A stretch of 64,000 nt of DNA from Octopus sinensis (GCF_006345805.1 NC_043004.1:248001-312000); one strand, 5' to 3'; numbered from the stretch's first letter, positions 1 to 13,144 are shown. Program-made: numbers and translations. Notes: generated by a model not told the origin, from the sequence alone.

Positions 1-256
1 GTGTTTATATATATATATATATATATATATGTGTGGGGGTGTTGTGTGTGTGTGGAGAGAGAGAGAGGTGTTTAGATGTGCATTTATATACATATATATA
101 TATATATATGTGTATGAGTATAAATTAAAAATAAGCCCTTTTAGATGCATAAAAACAACAAATAAAAACCTCACTATATATATTGAAATTAACGTTTATA
201 ATTTTACTGACTTAGAATTTATTTTATTTCATTTTCTCTATATATATAAAGGAAGG

Positions 257-291
<35 letters not shown>

Positions 292-365
292 AGAGAGAGA
301 GAAGGGGAGAAAGAGAAAGGAGCAGAGTGTAAGAAAGAAATACACTGCATACCTGCTAATAGTTA

Positions 366-378
366 CGTATTCTATATA

Positions 379-449
<71 letters not shown>

Positions 450-471
450 GTATATGTTATATGTATGTATG

Positions 472-527
<56 letters not shown>

Positions 528-613
528 TATGTATATACATATAATATACATTATATATACATATATATATACATACATATAAACACACACACACACATAT
601 ATACATATATGTT

Positions 614-668
<55 letters not shown>
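366..668. repeat. (TA)n/(CA)n microsatellite block
   Basis: Long (AT)n runs with (AC)n; explains the YIYI ORFs. Confidence 0.95.
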
Positions 669-669
<1 letters not shown>

Positions 670-699
670 TACAGTTGGGAATAATGCCAACATCCACAG

Positions 700-1290
700 G
701 AAACGTAGCCTCTCTAGGACAAATGACTACCATATCGCATTCTGAATATTATGCCTTTGTAATCCAAGAACAAGAGATTGATACACGTGCGTAATTACCA
801 AAGGAGATAGTAAAGATATTGATTACCTGTAGACGTAAGAAAATTCTTGAATGCACTCTATTTCTGCGGAGGACATTATATAGCACACTCAGCAACAATC
901 CCATAATCCTATTGATAGTATTATGAAATAGATGCTTCATAAGCCGAGATGTTCTAACAATAAATAATGCCATAATTAGTGAAGAATTCCGGGGGTTTAA
1001 ACCTCAAATATGCTACTGGTGTAATATTTAACTGTATTTTTGAACCCAAAAGAGTATTGATGGGAGATTCTTATTAGAAAAATCTCCAGCGATGAGATAC
1101 ACCTCAAGGTACTGTTGTCTGTGATTTTGTAAAAACAAAATAATAAAGCACGCATAGTGCCCTCTGGATGGTCATTATCACAAGAGGAAGTAACTATCTC
1201 CTGCTCTAAAGGGCCATTAATACAAGTGTGTGGCTGGATTAGAAATTTGAATCTGAAAGCAAGGAATATGAAAAAACAGGAAACATGGAA
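700..1290 (+). pseudogene. Heavily decayed C-terminal fragment of an R4/Dong-type RLE LINE
   Basis: [18 protein letters not shown] resembles the conserved EGFLIAAQDQSLPTR-type motif preceding the CCHC finger (compare the LINE at 31860); later frames are broken by stops. Confidence 0.4.
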
Positions 1291-1324
1291 ACTATGTTTG
1301 TATTCTTTTCGGCTTTTCGGTTTT

Positions 1325-1505
1325 TTATTCGTTTCGGACATTGGACTGCAGCCATGCGGGGTACCGCTTTGAAAGGATTTACTCCAGTAAATCGACCCCA
1401 GTATGTATTTTTAAGCCTTGCACTTTGACTATTAGTCATCTTTTGCCAAACCGCTAGATTACGAGGATGTAGACAAACCAACACCGGTTGTCAAACAGTG
1501 GGGAC
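1325..1505 (-). mobile_element. SINE family A, 3' half, degenerate
   Basis: Reverse complement matches the family A tail (gacaaccgg...cttagcggtt...gtcgatt...gcatggc). Confidence 0.7.
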
Positions 1506-1830
1506 CAGGAGGACAATGACACCTACCCTCAGATATACAGTGGATTCTCTCATCAGCTTCGCCCTACGAAGCTCCAACAACCAGTACTACACGTTAGACT
1601 AACCACGCAAATAAATGCTTGTGCGCGACCAGTAACATTTCTAGGAAATGCTGATAGCAGGAAATTGATGCAAATTCAATGAACATGCTAGTCGATCTGG
1701 AGTTTCTCCATCTCTTGGGTTAGTTGACTTTGCTACGGTTTTGAGTCCAACCTTCCTAAGTAGGACAAATCCGCGCATGGCCACGAAAAACAAGAACTTA
1801 TAAATCCTTCACACACACACATATATGTAT

Positions 1831-2150
1831 AGGCGCAGGCGTGGCTGTGTGGTAAGAAGCTTGCTCCTAACCATATGGTCCCGGGTTCAGTCCCTTTGCG
1901 TGGCACCTTGGGCAGGTGTCTTCTACTATAGCCTCGGGCTGATCAAAGCCGTGTGAGTATGTATGTATTCGTTTGTCTGTGCTGACCACACCACAAACAT
2001 CGCTTGACAACCGATATTGCTGTTTTTCCTTCCCTGTAACTCAGCAGTTCAGCAAAACAGACCGATAGAAATAAATCCTGGGGTCGATTCTTTTCAACTA
2101 AAGGCGATGCACCAGCATGGCCGCAGTCAAATGACTGGAACAAGTAAAAT
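1831..2150 (+). mobile_element. SINE family A (tRNA-derived head, CORE-like segment gtggcaccttgggcaagtgtctt, internal TA/TG tract)
   Basis: A-box-like gtggctgtgtggtaag and B-box-like gggttcagtccc; more than 12 homologous copies in the window. Confidence 0.85.
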
Positions 2151-2157
2151 AATAGAA

Positions 2158-2211
<54 letters not shown>

Positions 2212-2617
2212 TATGGCTTCCGTGAAGGCAAGATCAACAAAAAGAGTACTCCATCTGGCGAGGAATAAATATTGTTTACAGTAAATGTTTTTAAGAGCTA
2301 CTAATAGTTTCATGCGATGAAAACAACTCAGACAGCATTTTATAACACGTCTGGTGCCTTCATGCAATCTTCAGGCCCTTCTATATTCTGTGTTCATGAA
2401 ATTATATATATATATATTATTTATATATATCATGTAATTAGTTGACCGTTGACTCTCTTCTGAGTTCACACACCCTTTAAGTGTTTGGCTTTTATCCCAA
2501 CACCCTGACCACTAGGCCGCAGGCCTCAACTGAGTGCGATTCTTCGGTTTTCTTCTGTATTTCTTTCAGTCTTTTTCTCTTTCTGCTAGAAATCGATTGT
2601 GGTCAGAAGCGAAAGGA

Positions 2618-2693
2618 ATGGCATTCGTCAGTTCTAAGATTTCTCAAAACACGTCATACATTACGACAACCTCTCGGAGCCTGAGGCCGCAAG
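2618..2693 (+). CDS. Candidate coding exon (MAFVSSKISQNTSYITTTSRSLRPQ, phase-1 donor)
   Basis: Pyrimidine tract with AG at 2568-2569 and 2588-2589, ggaATGG at 2618, CAAG|GTAAGG donor at 2694; no recognised homology. Confidence 0.25.
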
Positions 2694-3221
2694 GTAAGGC
2701 AATGTATTCAGTTAAGTTACAAAAGGCTTCGGTAATATTCTTCAAAACTTTGTCTTCAAACAAAGAAAAGAAGTAGGGAGTTTCTTCATAGTCAGTCAAT
2801 CTGCTAGAAATAACAGCCAAATTTCTTACCCTTTTATCACGCCCCACCATCTCAGAAATCAATGGAATATTGAATTAGATTACGTGTATGCACCACAGAA
2901 TGGTGAAAGCAGGGATTCCTTTAATGATTGCTCTTTTCCATCAGGACGAACAGGGAGCCAAACAAAAAAAGTAACAACACATCCAAAGATAATCTGTAGC
3001 AGAGTCAATGAATACACGCAGAACTGTTCTAGAGTTTAGTGTATAAATATACATCTACCTACATGTGCGTGTGTGTGTATGCGCGCGCGCGTGTGTGTGT
3101 GTGTGTGTATAACGTGTATGTGTATAGAGTAGAGTAAGAGGGAGAAAGATAGATCGATAAATAGATATAGATTTAGATATACTATACATACAGAATATAT
3201 ATATATATATACATATATATG

Positions 3222-3284
<63 letters not shown>

Positions 3285-3630
3285 TGCATAAATGTATAAA
3301 TGTATATATATACGTATATATCTATATGTATACCTATTTACATGTATATATACATATACATGTATATATATATGTATATTTATAGATATACATTTGTATA
3401 TCTATATATACATGTATATATGTATATATATGTATATATATATACTAAGCAATAAAGGGTTTAGCAACGAATTGCCTTACCACATACCGAATTTAGAAAT
3501 AGCAGTCAAAGAGTTATAGCTATTTCTTCTACTAAAAAGGGAGATCTCAGTAAAAACAGCAATTGGAAGGCAGACACAAACAGGTAAGAGAGAATGAATT
3601 GACGGCAATCTATCATACAATTTTAAGTTA

Positions 3631-3728
3631 TCTACGGACGTACGTTTCGAAATCAAGTTTTTAGGAAAGCATAAGATTAAATATTAAATAATTCTATCTC
3701 ACAAAACTTCTTTTCTCTTCAGCGTAGA
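3631..3728 (-). ncRNA. Type I hammerhead ribozyme, canonical core
   Basis: Minus strand: TCTACG-CTGAAGA-G[67-nt stem-loop II]C-GAAA-C-GTAC-G-T-C^CGTAGA; stem I TCTACG/CGTAGA; palindromic stem III ACGTACGT. Confidence 0.85.
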
Positions 3729-4217
3729 ATACTATAATCATAAAGATTATATATTGAATTTTGAGATACTAGAAGGCACCAACTCAACTCAGTATCAGAG
3801 CGAGCTAGAATCCGCAACTAGTATCACCAAATTCAATGTTTGAATGAAAGATTGTGTCACCAGCCCCTTCCCACCCGCGTGTAGCCAAAACAAGATGCTG
3901 TGGTCATCTACTGAGATAAAATATGGTTATCCGTAATAATGAAGGGTGAAATTAATTAATTTGGAATAATTATCAATTACACCAAGTAGTCTTCGGCATG
4001 TAAAAGCCTCATTCGAGGAAATTTAAGTAATACTAAGCAATAAAGGGTTTAGCAACGAATTGCCTTACCACATACCGAATTTAGAAATAGCAGTCAAAGA
4101 GTTATAGCTATTTCTTCTACTAAAAAGGGAGATCTCAGTAAAAACAGCAATTGGAGGCAGACACAAACAGGTAAGAGAGAATGAATTGACGGCAATCTAT
4201 CATACAATTTTAAGTTA

Positions 4218-4316
4218 TCTACGGACGAACGTTTCGAAATCAAGCTTTTAGGAAAGCATAACAATTAAATATTAAATAATTCTATCTCACCAAAATTCTT
4301 TTCTCTTCAGCGTAGA
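4218..4316 (-). ncRNA. Type I hammerhead ribozyme, second tandem copy
   Basis: Same core and stem I; stem III AC-GTTC-GT, GTC cleavage triplet. Confidence 0.85.
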
Positions 4317-4479
4317 ATACTATAATCATAAATGATTATATATGAATTTTGAGATACTAGAATGTATATATATATATATATATTATATATATATATATAT
4401 ATATTAAATACATTGATGTATATATTATATATATATATATAAATACATAAATGCATACACATATATATATTTACATATG

Positions 4480-4579
<100 letters not shown>

Positions 4580-4625
4580 ATAATACATAAATGCATACAC
4601 ATATATATTTACATATGTATGTATG

Positions 4626-4657
<32 letters not shown>

Positions 4658-5135
4658 TAGTGTTTGCTATCAAATGTAAGTACTAGGATTTTTTAGTGCA
4701 TGCAAGGCCTCTTTCACCGTTCTAGCTAGGAGATGGTTCTCCTTAGACACAAGCAGGTGCTTCTTCTGTGGCACTTTTTATGGGATATAAAACACACACA
4801 CACACACACAAGAACATATATATATACACACATATGTGTGTATATGTACGCGTGTGTGTGTTTGTATGCATGTAGTGATGTATGTATGTATGTACTAACA
4901 CTGAAATGTCTTCGTACATGATGTTTTATTGCAATGCACTGATTAAAGTACTGTACTCAAATGTTTGTGTCTGCGCTTCCCTTGTGGCAAATAAAAGAAT
5001 GTATATTATTCAACACACTCTTGTGAGTGTGTGCATGCGTGTGTACGCAATACTTGAGCGAATGTATGCGTTTTTGTTTATTGTTTCCTCTGTTTGACTG
5101 AGGATGGTTGTTGCTTCGGCTTATGTGTTCATGCT

Positions 5136-5169
<34 letters not shown>

Positions 5170-5647
5170 TGTGTGAATGTGTGTGTGAATGTGTGTGTGT
5201 GTGTGTGTGGAAAGCAAGTTTGTGCGATGATATCAGATGTATATATATTTGAAGACAATTGTCTTCGTTAAGCTGGTTTTATTTTTTGTCTTTTAGATTT
5301 TGCTACATTTTTTTTACTTTTTGTTATTTTTTATTTCTTTTGCTATCAGATAACCTAATTCTTGTAAAACATTAATCTAACCCCAGATGATGTCTGCTGT
5401 GGAGAAAGAGAAGGAGAGAGAGAAGGAAAGAGAAAATGGCTACGGATAGATAGTAAAATACCTCCACCGACAAATTAGGTCAGAAACGGCACCACTTCAC
5501 CTATATTTCTTAGAACTTTTTCTCTTGTACTTGAAGATCCATCTTCTGTCTAAACCGAGCAACCAACAACACACGTGCCAATCTTGAATCTACATCGTCT
5601 GTCTTGTGATCGTCTTTTCTATTTCACTCGTCACCTTGAAATGTCTC

Positions 5648-5661
5648 CATCATCATCATCA

Positions 5662-5726
<65 letters not shown>

Positions 5727-5742
5727 GTCGTCGTCGTCGTCG

Positions 5743-5807
<65 letters not shown>

Positions 5808-5820
5808 GTCGTCGTCGTCG

Positions 5821-5860
<40 letters not shown>

Positions 5861-5866
5861 TATTAG
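5648..5866. repeat. (CAT)n/(CGT)n trinucleotide microsatellite
   Basis: Direct reading; source of the poly-S/H/M ORFs. Confidence 0.95.
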
Positions 5867-5919
5867 CAACAGCAGCATCAACAGCAGCAGTAGCAGAATA
5901 TTAAAGGATGAGGTACAGT

Positions 5920-6222
5920 TGTTAGAGTTTCGGAAAAAAAAAAGCGTTTTGCAGAAATTGTTCCGGTTCTCTAAGTTTCTAGGTTCAAATCCCGCTTGAG
6001 GTCGCCTTTGCCATTCATTCTTTCGAGATCGATAAAATAAAGTACCTATCAAGGACTGGTGTCAATGGAGTCGGTTAACCAGTCTCCTCTCTCGAAATTA
6101 TTAGCCTTGTGCTTAAATAAAAAAAAACCCTGCCGGACAAAATGCCTTGCAATATTTCATCCGTCTTTACGTTCTGAGTTAAAATTCCGCAGAGGTCGAC
6201 TTTGCATTTCATCCTTTCGGGA
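5920..6222 (+). mobile_element. SINE family B, two degenerate partial copies
   Basis: gttcaaatcccgc...gaggtcgactttgcatttcatcctttcggg motif shared with other family B copies. Confidence 0.7.
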
Positions 6223-7031
6223 TATGTATATGTGTATATGTATGCATGTATGTATGTGTATGTATATGTAAATATATGTGTGTGCATGTATGTATTATGT
6301 ATGTGTGTATGTATATGTAAATATGTATATGTATATATGTGTGTGTATGTATTTTGTATGTATGTATGTATGTGTGTATGTATGTGTAAATATGTATAGG
6401 TATATATGTGTGTGTATGTATGTATGTATGTATGTACGTATGTGTATGTATATATAAATGTGTGTGTGTGTGTGTGGTGTGTGTGTGTGTGTGTGATTAA
6501 GAGAATGTGTTGTCAGAGGAAGAAGGGTAGAAACCATAAATATTTTCTGGGAATGGAAAAGTTGTACGAAGAAAAGGAACACATTATCCTCAAATTAAAA
6601 CTTTGGACCGAATGCTTGAAACGCATTCGACTCGGCTAACAATTCCGAAGGATCGAATTCTTGTGTCAAACTAGGGGACAGAGGAAGTCACCTACGTAAA
6701 GCATGTGGGAGAGAGTTTGTTTTGTATATGTATTTAACGGCATAACAGACGGGCGGGCGTATTTGACGCATCCCAATTTCATGAGAAATGTTTTTCGCGC
6801 ATTTACGCATGCAGTATAGCTTTAACATCTCATAAAGGACCAGGGGTCGTTTTTTTCTTCAAATTTTTATTTATTTATTTATTTATTTATTTATGGATTA
6901 TCAAATACGATAGGTATAAACCGAGGACATGCATGCATGAGAGAAAGCATGTTCACGTGTGTATATGTAAACAAATAGAGGGTTAAAAGATGAGCGAGAG
7001 AGAGAGTATTTCTGTATGAGTATGAGAGAGC

Positions 7032-7342
7032 GTGGTGGAGCCGCAATGGCACAGTAGCAGCGGACTCGCGGTCGGAGGATCGCGGTTCCGATTCCCAGAC
7101 CGGGCGTTGTGTGTGTTTATTGAGCGAAAACACCTAAAAGCTCCACGGGGCTCCGGCAAGGGGTGGGGGCTAACCCCTGTTGTACTCTTTCGCCCCAACT
7201 TTCTCTCACTCTTTCTTCCTGTTTCTTGAGTAAAGCTGCGATGGACTGGCGTCCCGTCCAGCCGGGAGGGGGGCGGGAAACATACGCCATAGAAACCGGG
7301 AAACCGGGGCCCATGAGCCTGGCTAGGCTTGAAGAGGGCGCA
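7032..7342 (+). mobile_element. SINE family C (tRNA-like head gcggactcgcggtc...gattcccagaccgggc, body taaagctccac)
   Basis: Homologous over its length to 17958-18268 (-). Confidence 0.85.
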
Positions 7343-7704
7343 TAAATATACAAAAAAATAATGAGAGAGCATGCGGTTGTTTGCCTGAGTAGCTGTACGT
7401 GATTATATAGACATAAGTATGTGTATAGATACAAGTACACGCAGATATATGAGTTTTGGTGTACCAAGATGTGTGTGTATGTGTGTGTGGAGAGAGAGAG
7501 ACAGACAGAGAGAGAGAGAGAGAGAGGAGAAGGACAGAGCGATGCATGCTTAGCTAGCAGTAAGGCAAACATTTCTTAGCGATTTCGTGATAAACAACAC
7601 TCTTGGGTAATTCACCTTGAATAGCATTGACATAAAGATTGTTCTTGCCTGCAACATCTATAACTAAGAGATATAACCTGACGCTCGGTATATGCCAAAG
7701 ATGT

Positions 7705-7744
<40 letters not shown>

Positions 7745-8016
7745 GTGTGATAAATATATTCATTGTAAAACAAAATTACGATGCTGGTCGGTGTGGTCCG
7801 TATCTGATTGAAGTTGTTTGACGGAAATACAGAGCATCGCAAACTAAGTAATTGACCAAACAACTGGTTGGCATAATGAGTACAATTACGTTCGTAATTC
7901 TGCTGCTGCTGCTGCTGGTGATGGTGATGATGATGATGAGGTTCTGATGGTGGTTGTGTCAATGTTTAAGTGAAGAAAATAAAAATATGTTGATTCATAT
8001 ATATATATTCATTTTA

Positions 8017-8126
8017 TAGAAGGAGCTTCTACAGGACTAGAACTGTTTTATTCAAATGAATCATCAGGAGCTTCCTGGTGATTTCATTTGAATAAAACAG
8101 TTCTAGTCCTGTAGAAGCTCCTTCTA
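8017..8126. repeat. Inverted repeat (perfect 44-bp arms, 22-bp spacer) built from degenerate HHR-like halves
   Basis: 8017-8060 is the reverse complement of 8083-8126. Confidence 0.9.
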
Positions 8127-8729
8127 AAAATAAATTAATTTACTCTGCTATGTATTGAGTACCTTATTTACTGTGGTTAACCCCGACTCAACCCGGGACC
8201 TACATATATATATATATAATATATATATATATATATAATATATATATATATATATTAATATATGATATAAATAATCTATAAACATATGCATATATACACA
8301 CATATATGTGCATGTCTAACTCTATATGTATATATACATGCATGTATGGGGTACCGGACACACAAAGTAAAACGTGTGAACACAATGAGAAACGAAAACA
8401 TAAAAACAAAAACATGGAAACGAAGTTTTTTTTCAAACAACGAAAAAACAGAGTACAAGACATACAACACAAGGAATATTCCCCTTCTTCGGGTGTCCCT
8501 GTTTCGTCTACTCCGCGTTTCGAAGGTAAGGACAAGACGTGACTTCGTTGAAACAGTCCTTCCTGCAAAGCAAATTTTATAAAAATTGGGATTTATTGCG
8601 GAGGGGTAGAAGTGGTAACAAGAACGGGACAGTGAGAACAATACAAATAAAAACAGTAAAAGACAGGACAAGGAGAATAACACAGTAAAAACAAACGATG
8701 AGGGCTGTTAAGCCAAGACGATGGAAAAA

Positions 8730-8951
8730 TTCTTTTGAACGCATTGACGGGATAGCTTATGAGAAGGGCAGGATAAGCCGTCTCGGGGCTGGCCATATTG
8801 GAGCAATCTCAAGATTAATCAGCTGAAATTGCGAGGATGATCCGGTTCGCAATTTCAGCTGATTAATCTTGAGATTGCTCCAATATGGCCAGCCCCGAGA
8901 CGGCTTATCCTGCCCTTCTCATAAGCTGTCCCCTCAATGCGTTCAAAAGAA
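8730..8951. repeat. Long inverted repeat (105-bp arms, 2 mismatches, 12-bp spacer)
   Basis: 8730-8834 versus 8847-8951 aligned by eye. Confidence 0.92.
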
Positions 8952-8960
8952 CACACATTA

Positions 8961-9036
<76 letters not shown>

Positions 9037-9171
9037 GCGTGCGTGTGTGTATGTATATACCTGCATACATATGTATATATATAAATATATAACGCTTTGA
9101 ATGACACAACAATGCACTATAATACAAACAACGGACTATAATAACTGTTGTAATTTAATCATTCATAGTCT

Positions 9172-9211
9172 GATGTGATATTTCGGAATAAAAATTCCTT
9201 CTTCAGATATC
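9172..9211 (-). ncRNA. Minimal type I hammerhead ribozyme motif (PLE-like)
   Basis: Minus: GATAT-CTGAAGA-A-GGAAT-tttt-ATTCC-GAAA-TA-T-C^ACATC; stem I has one mismatch. Confidence 0.65.
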
Positions 9212-9380
9212 CCTAGGAATTGGTACATGCGCTTCTATAATCGGTTTTCAGAAAACTCTGGATGATTAAATTACAATATCACTTATAGTCCATTGCTTGT
9301 ATTGTAGTACATTGCTGCGTCATTCAAAACATTTATTCTTTACAAACAATACACAATGCTTCAAGCGAACTACAATACTC

Positions 9381-9412
<32 letters not shown>

Positions 9413-9659
9413 GATATTATATATAGATATTATATATATATATACCTGTAATATATGCATATATATATACACATATACCTGTATATATATATATATATAT
9501 AATATATATAATATATATATAGATATATATATTACATGTATATATATATATTATATATATACATGTATACATATATTATATATATATATATATATAAATA
9601 CATATACATGTATATATATATTATAATATATATATATCTATATATATATACTATATATA

Positions 9660-9717
<58 letters not shown>

Positions 9718-10249
9718 CATTCATGCATACATACATTCATATACATGTAGCCGTGTGGTAAAAGCTTAGACACAAACACACACACACATTTTTCCCGCCT
9801 ACCAAATTCACTGAGAAGGCATTGGTCGTCTCAGGGCTAAAATGGCAGTCAGTATGTGACGGTGCCGAGCAATGGGACTGAATTGGAAGCTATGTGATTG
9901 CAAACCGATCTTCTGAACCAAAATAAAGAAAAATAAAATTGTCTGAAACCAAACCCGTAAGCAATGGCACGTTCAAGATTCCAATTAGTAATATTTCTAC
10001 ATTAAATATTTACACATCATTTTTGTATTGAGTACTTTCTTCTGTGATGGCTAATTGGAGTAGTAATTAACGTCGCTTATATAATTTATTGCAGACTCGA
10101 GGTTCGATTTCTGTAGGCAGGCTTACAAATTTTTTACATCTTCTGTAAATGTTGTGCATGTGCGCGTGCGTGTGTGTGTGTGTCTGTGTGTGTGTGTCTG
10201 TGTGTGTGTGCGTGTATGTAATAATATTAGTTTTAAACTTTTGGTACAA

Positions 10250-10632
10250 AACCAGCTATTTTCCGGGAAGGGGGTAAATCGATTGCATCGACGCCAGTGC
10301 TCAACTGGTATTTATTTAATCGACTCCGAAAAGATAGAGGGCAAAGTTGACGACCCTGGCGGAATTTAAACTCAGAACGTAAAAACAGACAAAATACCTA
10401 TTTCTTTACTACCCACAAGGGGCTAAACACAGAGGGGACAAACAAGGACAGACATAGGTATTAAGTCGATTACATCGACCCCAGTGCGTAACTGGTACTT
10501 GTTTAATCGACCCCGAAAGGATGAAAGGCAAAGTCGACCCTGCGCGGAATTTGAACTCAGAACGTAACGGCAGACGAAATACCGCTAAGCATTTCACCCG
10601 GCGTGCTAACGATTCTGCCAGCTTACCGCCTG
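10250..10632 (-). mobile_element. SINE family B, dimeric form
   Basis: Two B cores joined at the gtaaagaaataggtattt junction, as at 22634-23012. Confidence 0.85.
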
Positions 10633-10829
10633 TATATGTCAGTATATTACAACATGTTGGCTAGTAAACGATAAAAAGAAAGGAAAGCTCCATGTTTATA
10701 AATTAAGCACAACTGTAAACAAATTCTACAAATGCCAACAACAACAAAGCAAAAAAGAATTTAAATATAAAAAAGACAATGAAATTATGTTTGTTGTTTA
10801 TTTTATTTTCGTTATTGATTATTTCTAAA

Positions 10830-11555
10830 GTCGAAATTTTGTGATATTGTCATCGTTGCTGTCGTCAACACCGTCATCACTGCCATAGTAATCGTCATCG
10901 TCATCGGCATCATCATCAACATCATCATCATTATCATCATCAGCCGCCGTCATCCGCGTCGTCGTCATCGTTGTAGTCGTTATTATCATCATCATAATCT
11001 GGAGTGTCATCGTCGTCAACAACATTGTCGTCATCATCGTTATCATCATCATCATCATTATCATCATCGCCGTCGTTATCCTCCTCCTCCTCCTCATCAT
11101 CATCATCATCATCGTCACCGTCGTTATCCTCCTCCTCCTCATCGTCATCATCATCATCATCATCGTCGCCGTCGTTATCATCATCATCGACGTCGTTATC
11201 ATCATCATCATCATCATTGACGTCGTTATCATCATCATCATTGACGTCGTTATCATCATCATCATCATCGACGTTCTTATCAACATCATCATCATCATCA
11301 TCATCATAATCGCCGTCGTTATCATCATCATCATTATCATCATCGTCGTCGTCATCATCATCATCATCATCATCATCATCGACGTCGTTATCATCATCAT
11401 CATCATCATCATCATCATTATCATCATCATCATTGACGTCGTTATCATCATCATCATCATCATCATCGACGTTGTTATCAACATCATCATCATCATCATC
11501 CTCATAGTCGCCGTCGTTATCATCATCATCATTATCATCATCGTCATCATCATCG

Positions 11556-11607
<52 letters not shown>

Positions 11608-11660
11608 CGTTATCATCATCATCGCCGTCGTTATCATCACCATCGTCATCATCATCATCC
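10830..11660. repeat. Complex (CAT/CGT/CCT)n triplet repeat with higher-order motifs
   Basis: About 830 bp staying in triplet register; gives poly-D/M/S ORFs. Confidence 0.9.
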
Positions 11661-11770
11661 ATCAGCAAAACTAAGAGACCCAGCTGTTGGTTCCAAACAT
11701 GCTCTTAATTATTCCATGAATATTGCTTATACACAACACGTGAAGGCGATTACGCATACACACAGACTAG

Positions 11771-11802
<32 letters not shown>

Positions 11803-11959
11803 CACACAAATATATGAATACATATAAACAAATTGGGTAATGTGTTATACTAATATCAACATACACACACACACACTTACATACACACAGACTCACACTC
11901 ATGTGAGCAAATATTTGTACCGTATATTAACATTATTTCTTTTTATATACATTTGTATA

Positions 11960-12462
11960 CTTATGTGTGTGTGTATGTGTATACACACATACACAATATA
12001 TATATATATATGTAAATATACGCATGTATGTTTATATATTTATGTATGTATGAATATTTATATGTGTGCTTTGGTGTGTGTATATATATATATAAATGTA
12101 TATATTGTATATTATAATGTATGTATATATATATATTTATGTATATATATATGTGTATGTATATATTACATGTATATATAGATTTATATATAGATATATA
12201 TATATAGTATATGCATATATATATATGTATATATATATATGTAGTATATGTATATATTTGTATATATAATATATATATGTATATATGTATATATATAATA
12301 TATGTATATATGTATGTATATATGTATGTATATATATAATTAATTATATATAGATATATATATATATATATAAATATATGTATATATATATATTATATAA
12401 TATATGTATTTATATAATATACATATTGTATATATGTATAATAATGTATAATATGTATATAT

Positions 12463-12529
<67 letters not shown>

Positions 12530-13110
12530 CATGGATATATGTAAAATGTTAGCATATATAGGTATAGATCTATATATATATACATATATATCATATATAC
12601 ATATAATATATATACACCACACATCTATAAATACAAATATATACACGTGTGTATTTGTACATGCATACATACATACGTACATACATATATGCATATCCAT
12701 GTGTATATATGTGTGTGTGTCTATGTATGTGTATGTGTGTGTGTATGTGTGTACATATACATGAATATCCATACATACATATAAATATATACATATACAC
12801 ATATACCCATAGCCATAGTCAGCACATTTCTAATGGTTCTCTATATTTGCTAAAAGTCTAAGAATTAAGCGTGCGCTAACCTAAATTTCTTCCTTAAGAA
12901 CCATTTAAGATGCGATTTAGTTTGGAGCGGGAAGGGATGTTATGGTTGGGTGTTTGTTTGTGTGGTTGTTTATTTTGCTTTTATACTTGACAGATGAATA
13001 AAATCATTACATATATGCATACATACATGCACACACACACATAGATAATGCATACTCACAGATATACAAACATATAGCCATACATATACACATTTGTATA
13101 TGTATGTACT

Positions 13111-13144
<34 letters not shown>

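Larger units (their letters stand above)
3443..4362 (-). mobile_element. Partial tandem repeat (588-bp unit plus 332-bp second copy) with one hammerhead ribozyme per unit; retrozyme- or PLE-pLTR-like
   Basis: tactaagcaataaagggtttagc starts at 3443 and 4031; non-coding; HHR in each copy. Confidence 0.85.

Noticed and set aside
29-668. Long YIYI/VCVC/THTH/LSIY-type ORFs here and throughout the track
   Set aside because: They are translations of dinucleotide and tetranucleotide microsatellites with no domain content.
1540-1580. CTGATGA hits at ~1549 (-), 14445, 16715, 26115 and 41580
   Set aside because: No paired stem II followed by GAAA and a UH site.
8470-8580. Possible HHR (CCGAAGAAGG on minus; GAAACAGTC on plus)
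   Set aside because: The core halves could not be joined by consistent stems I-III in any topology.
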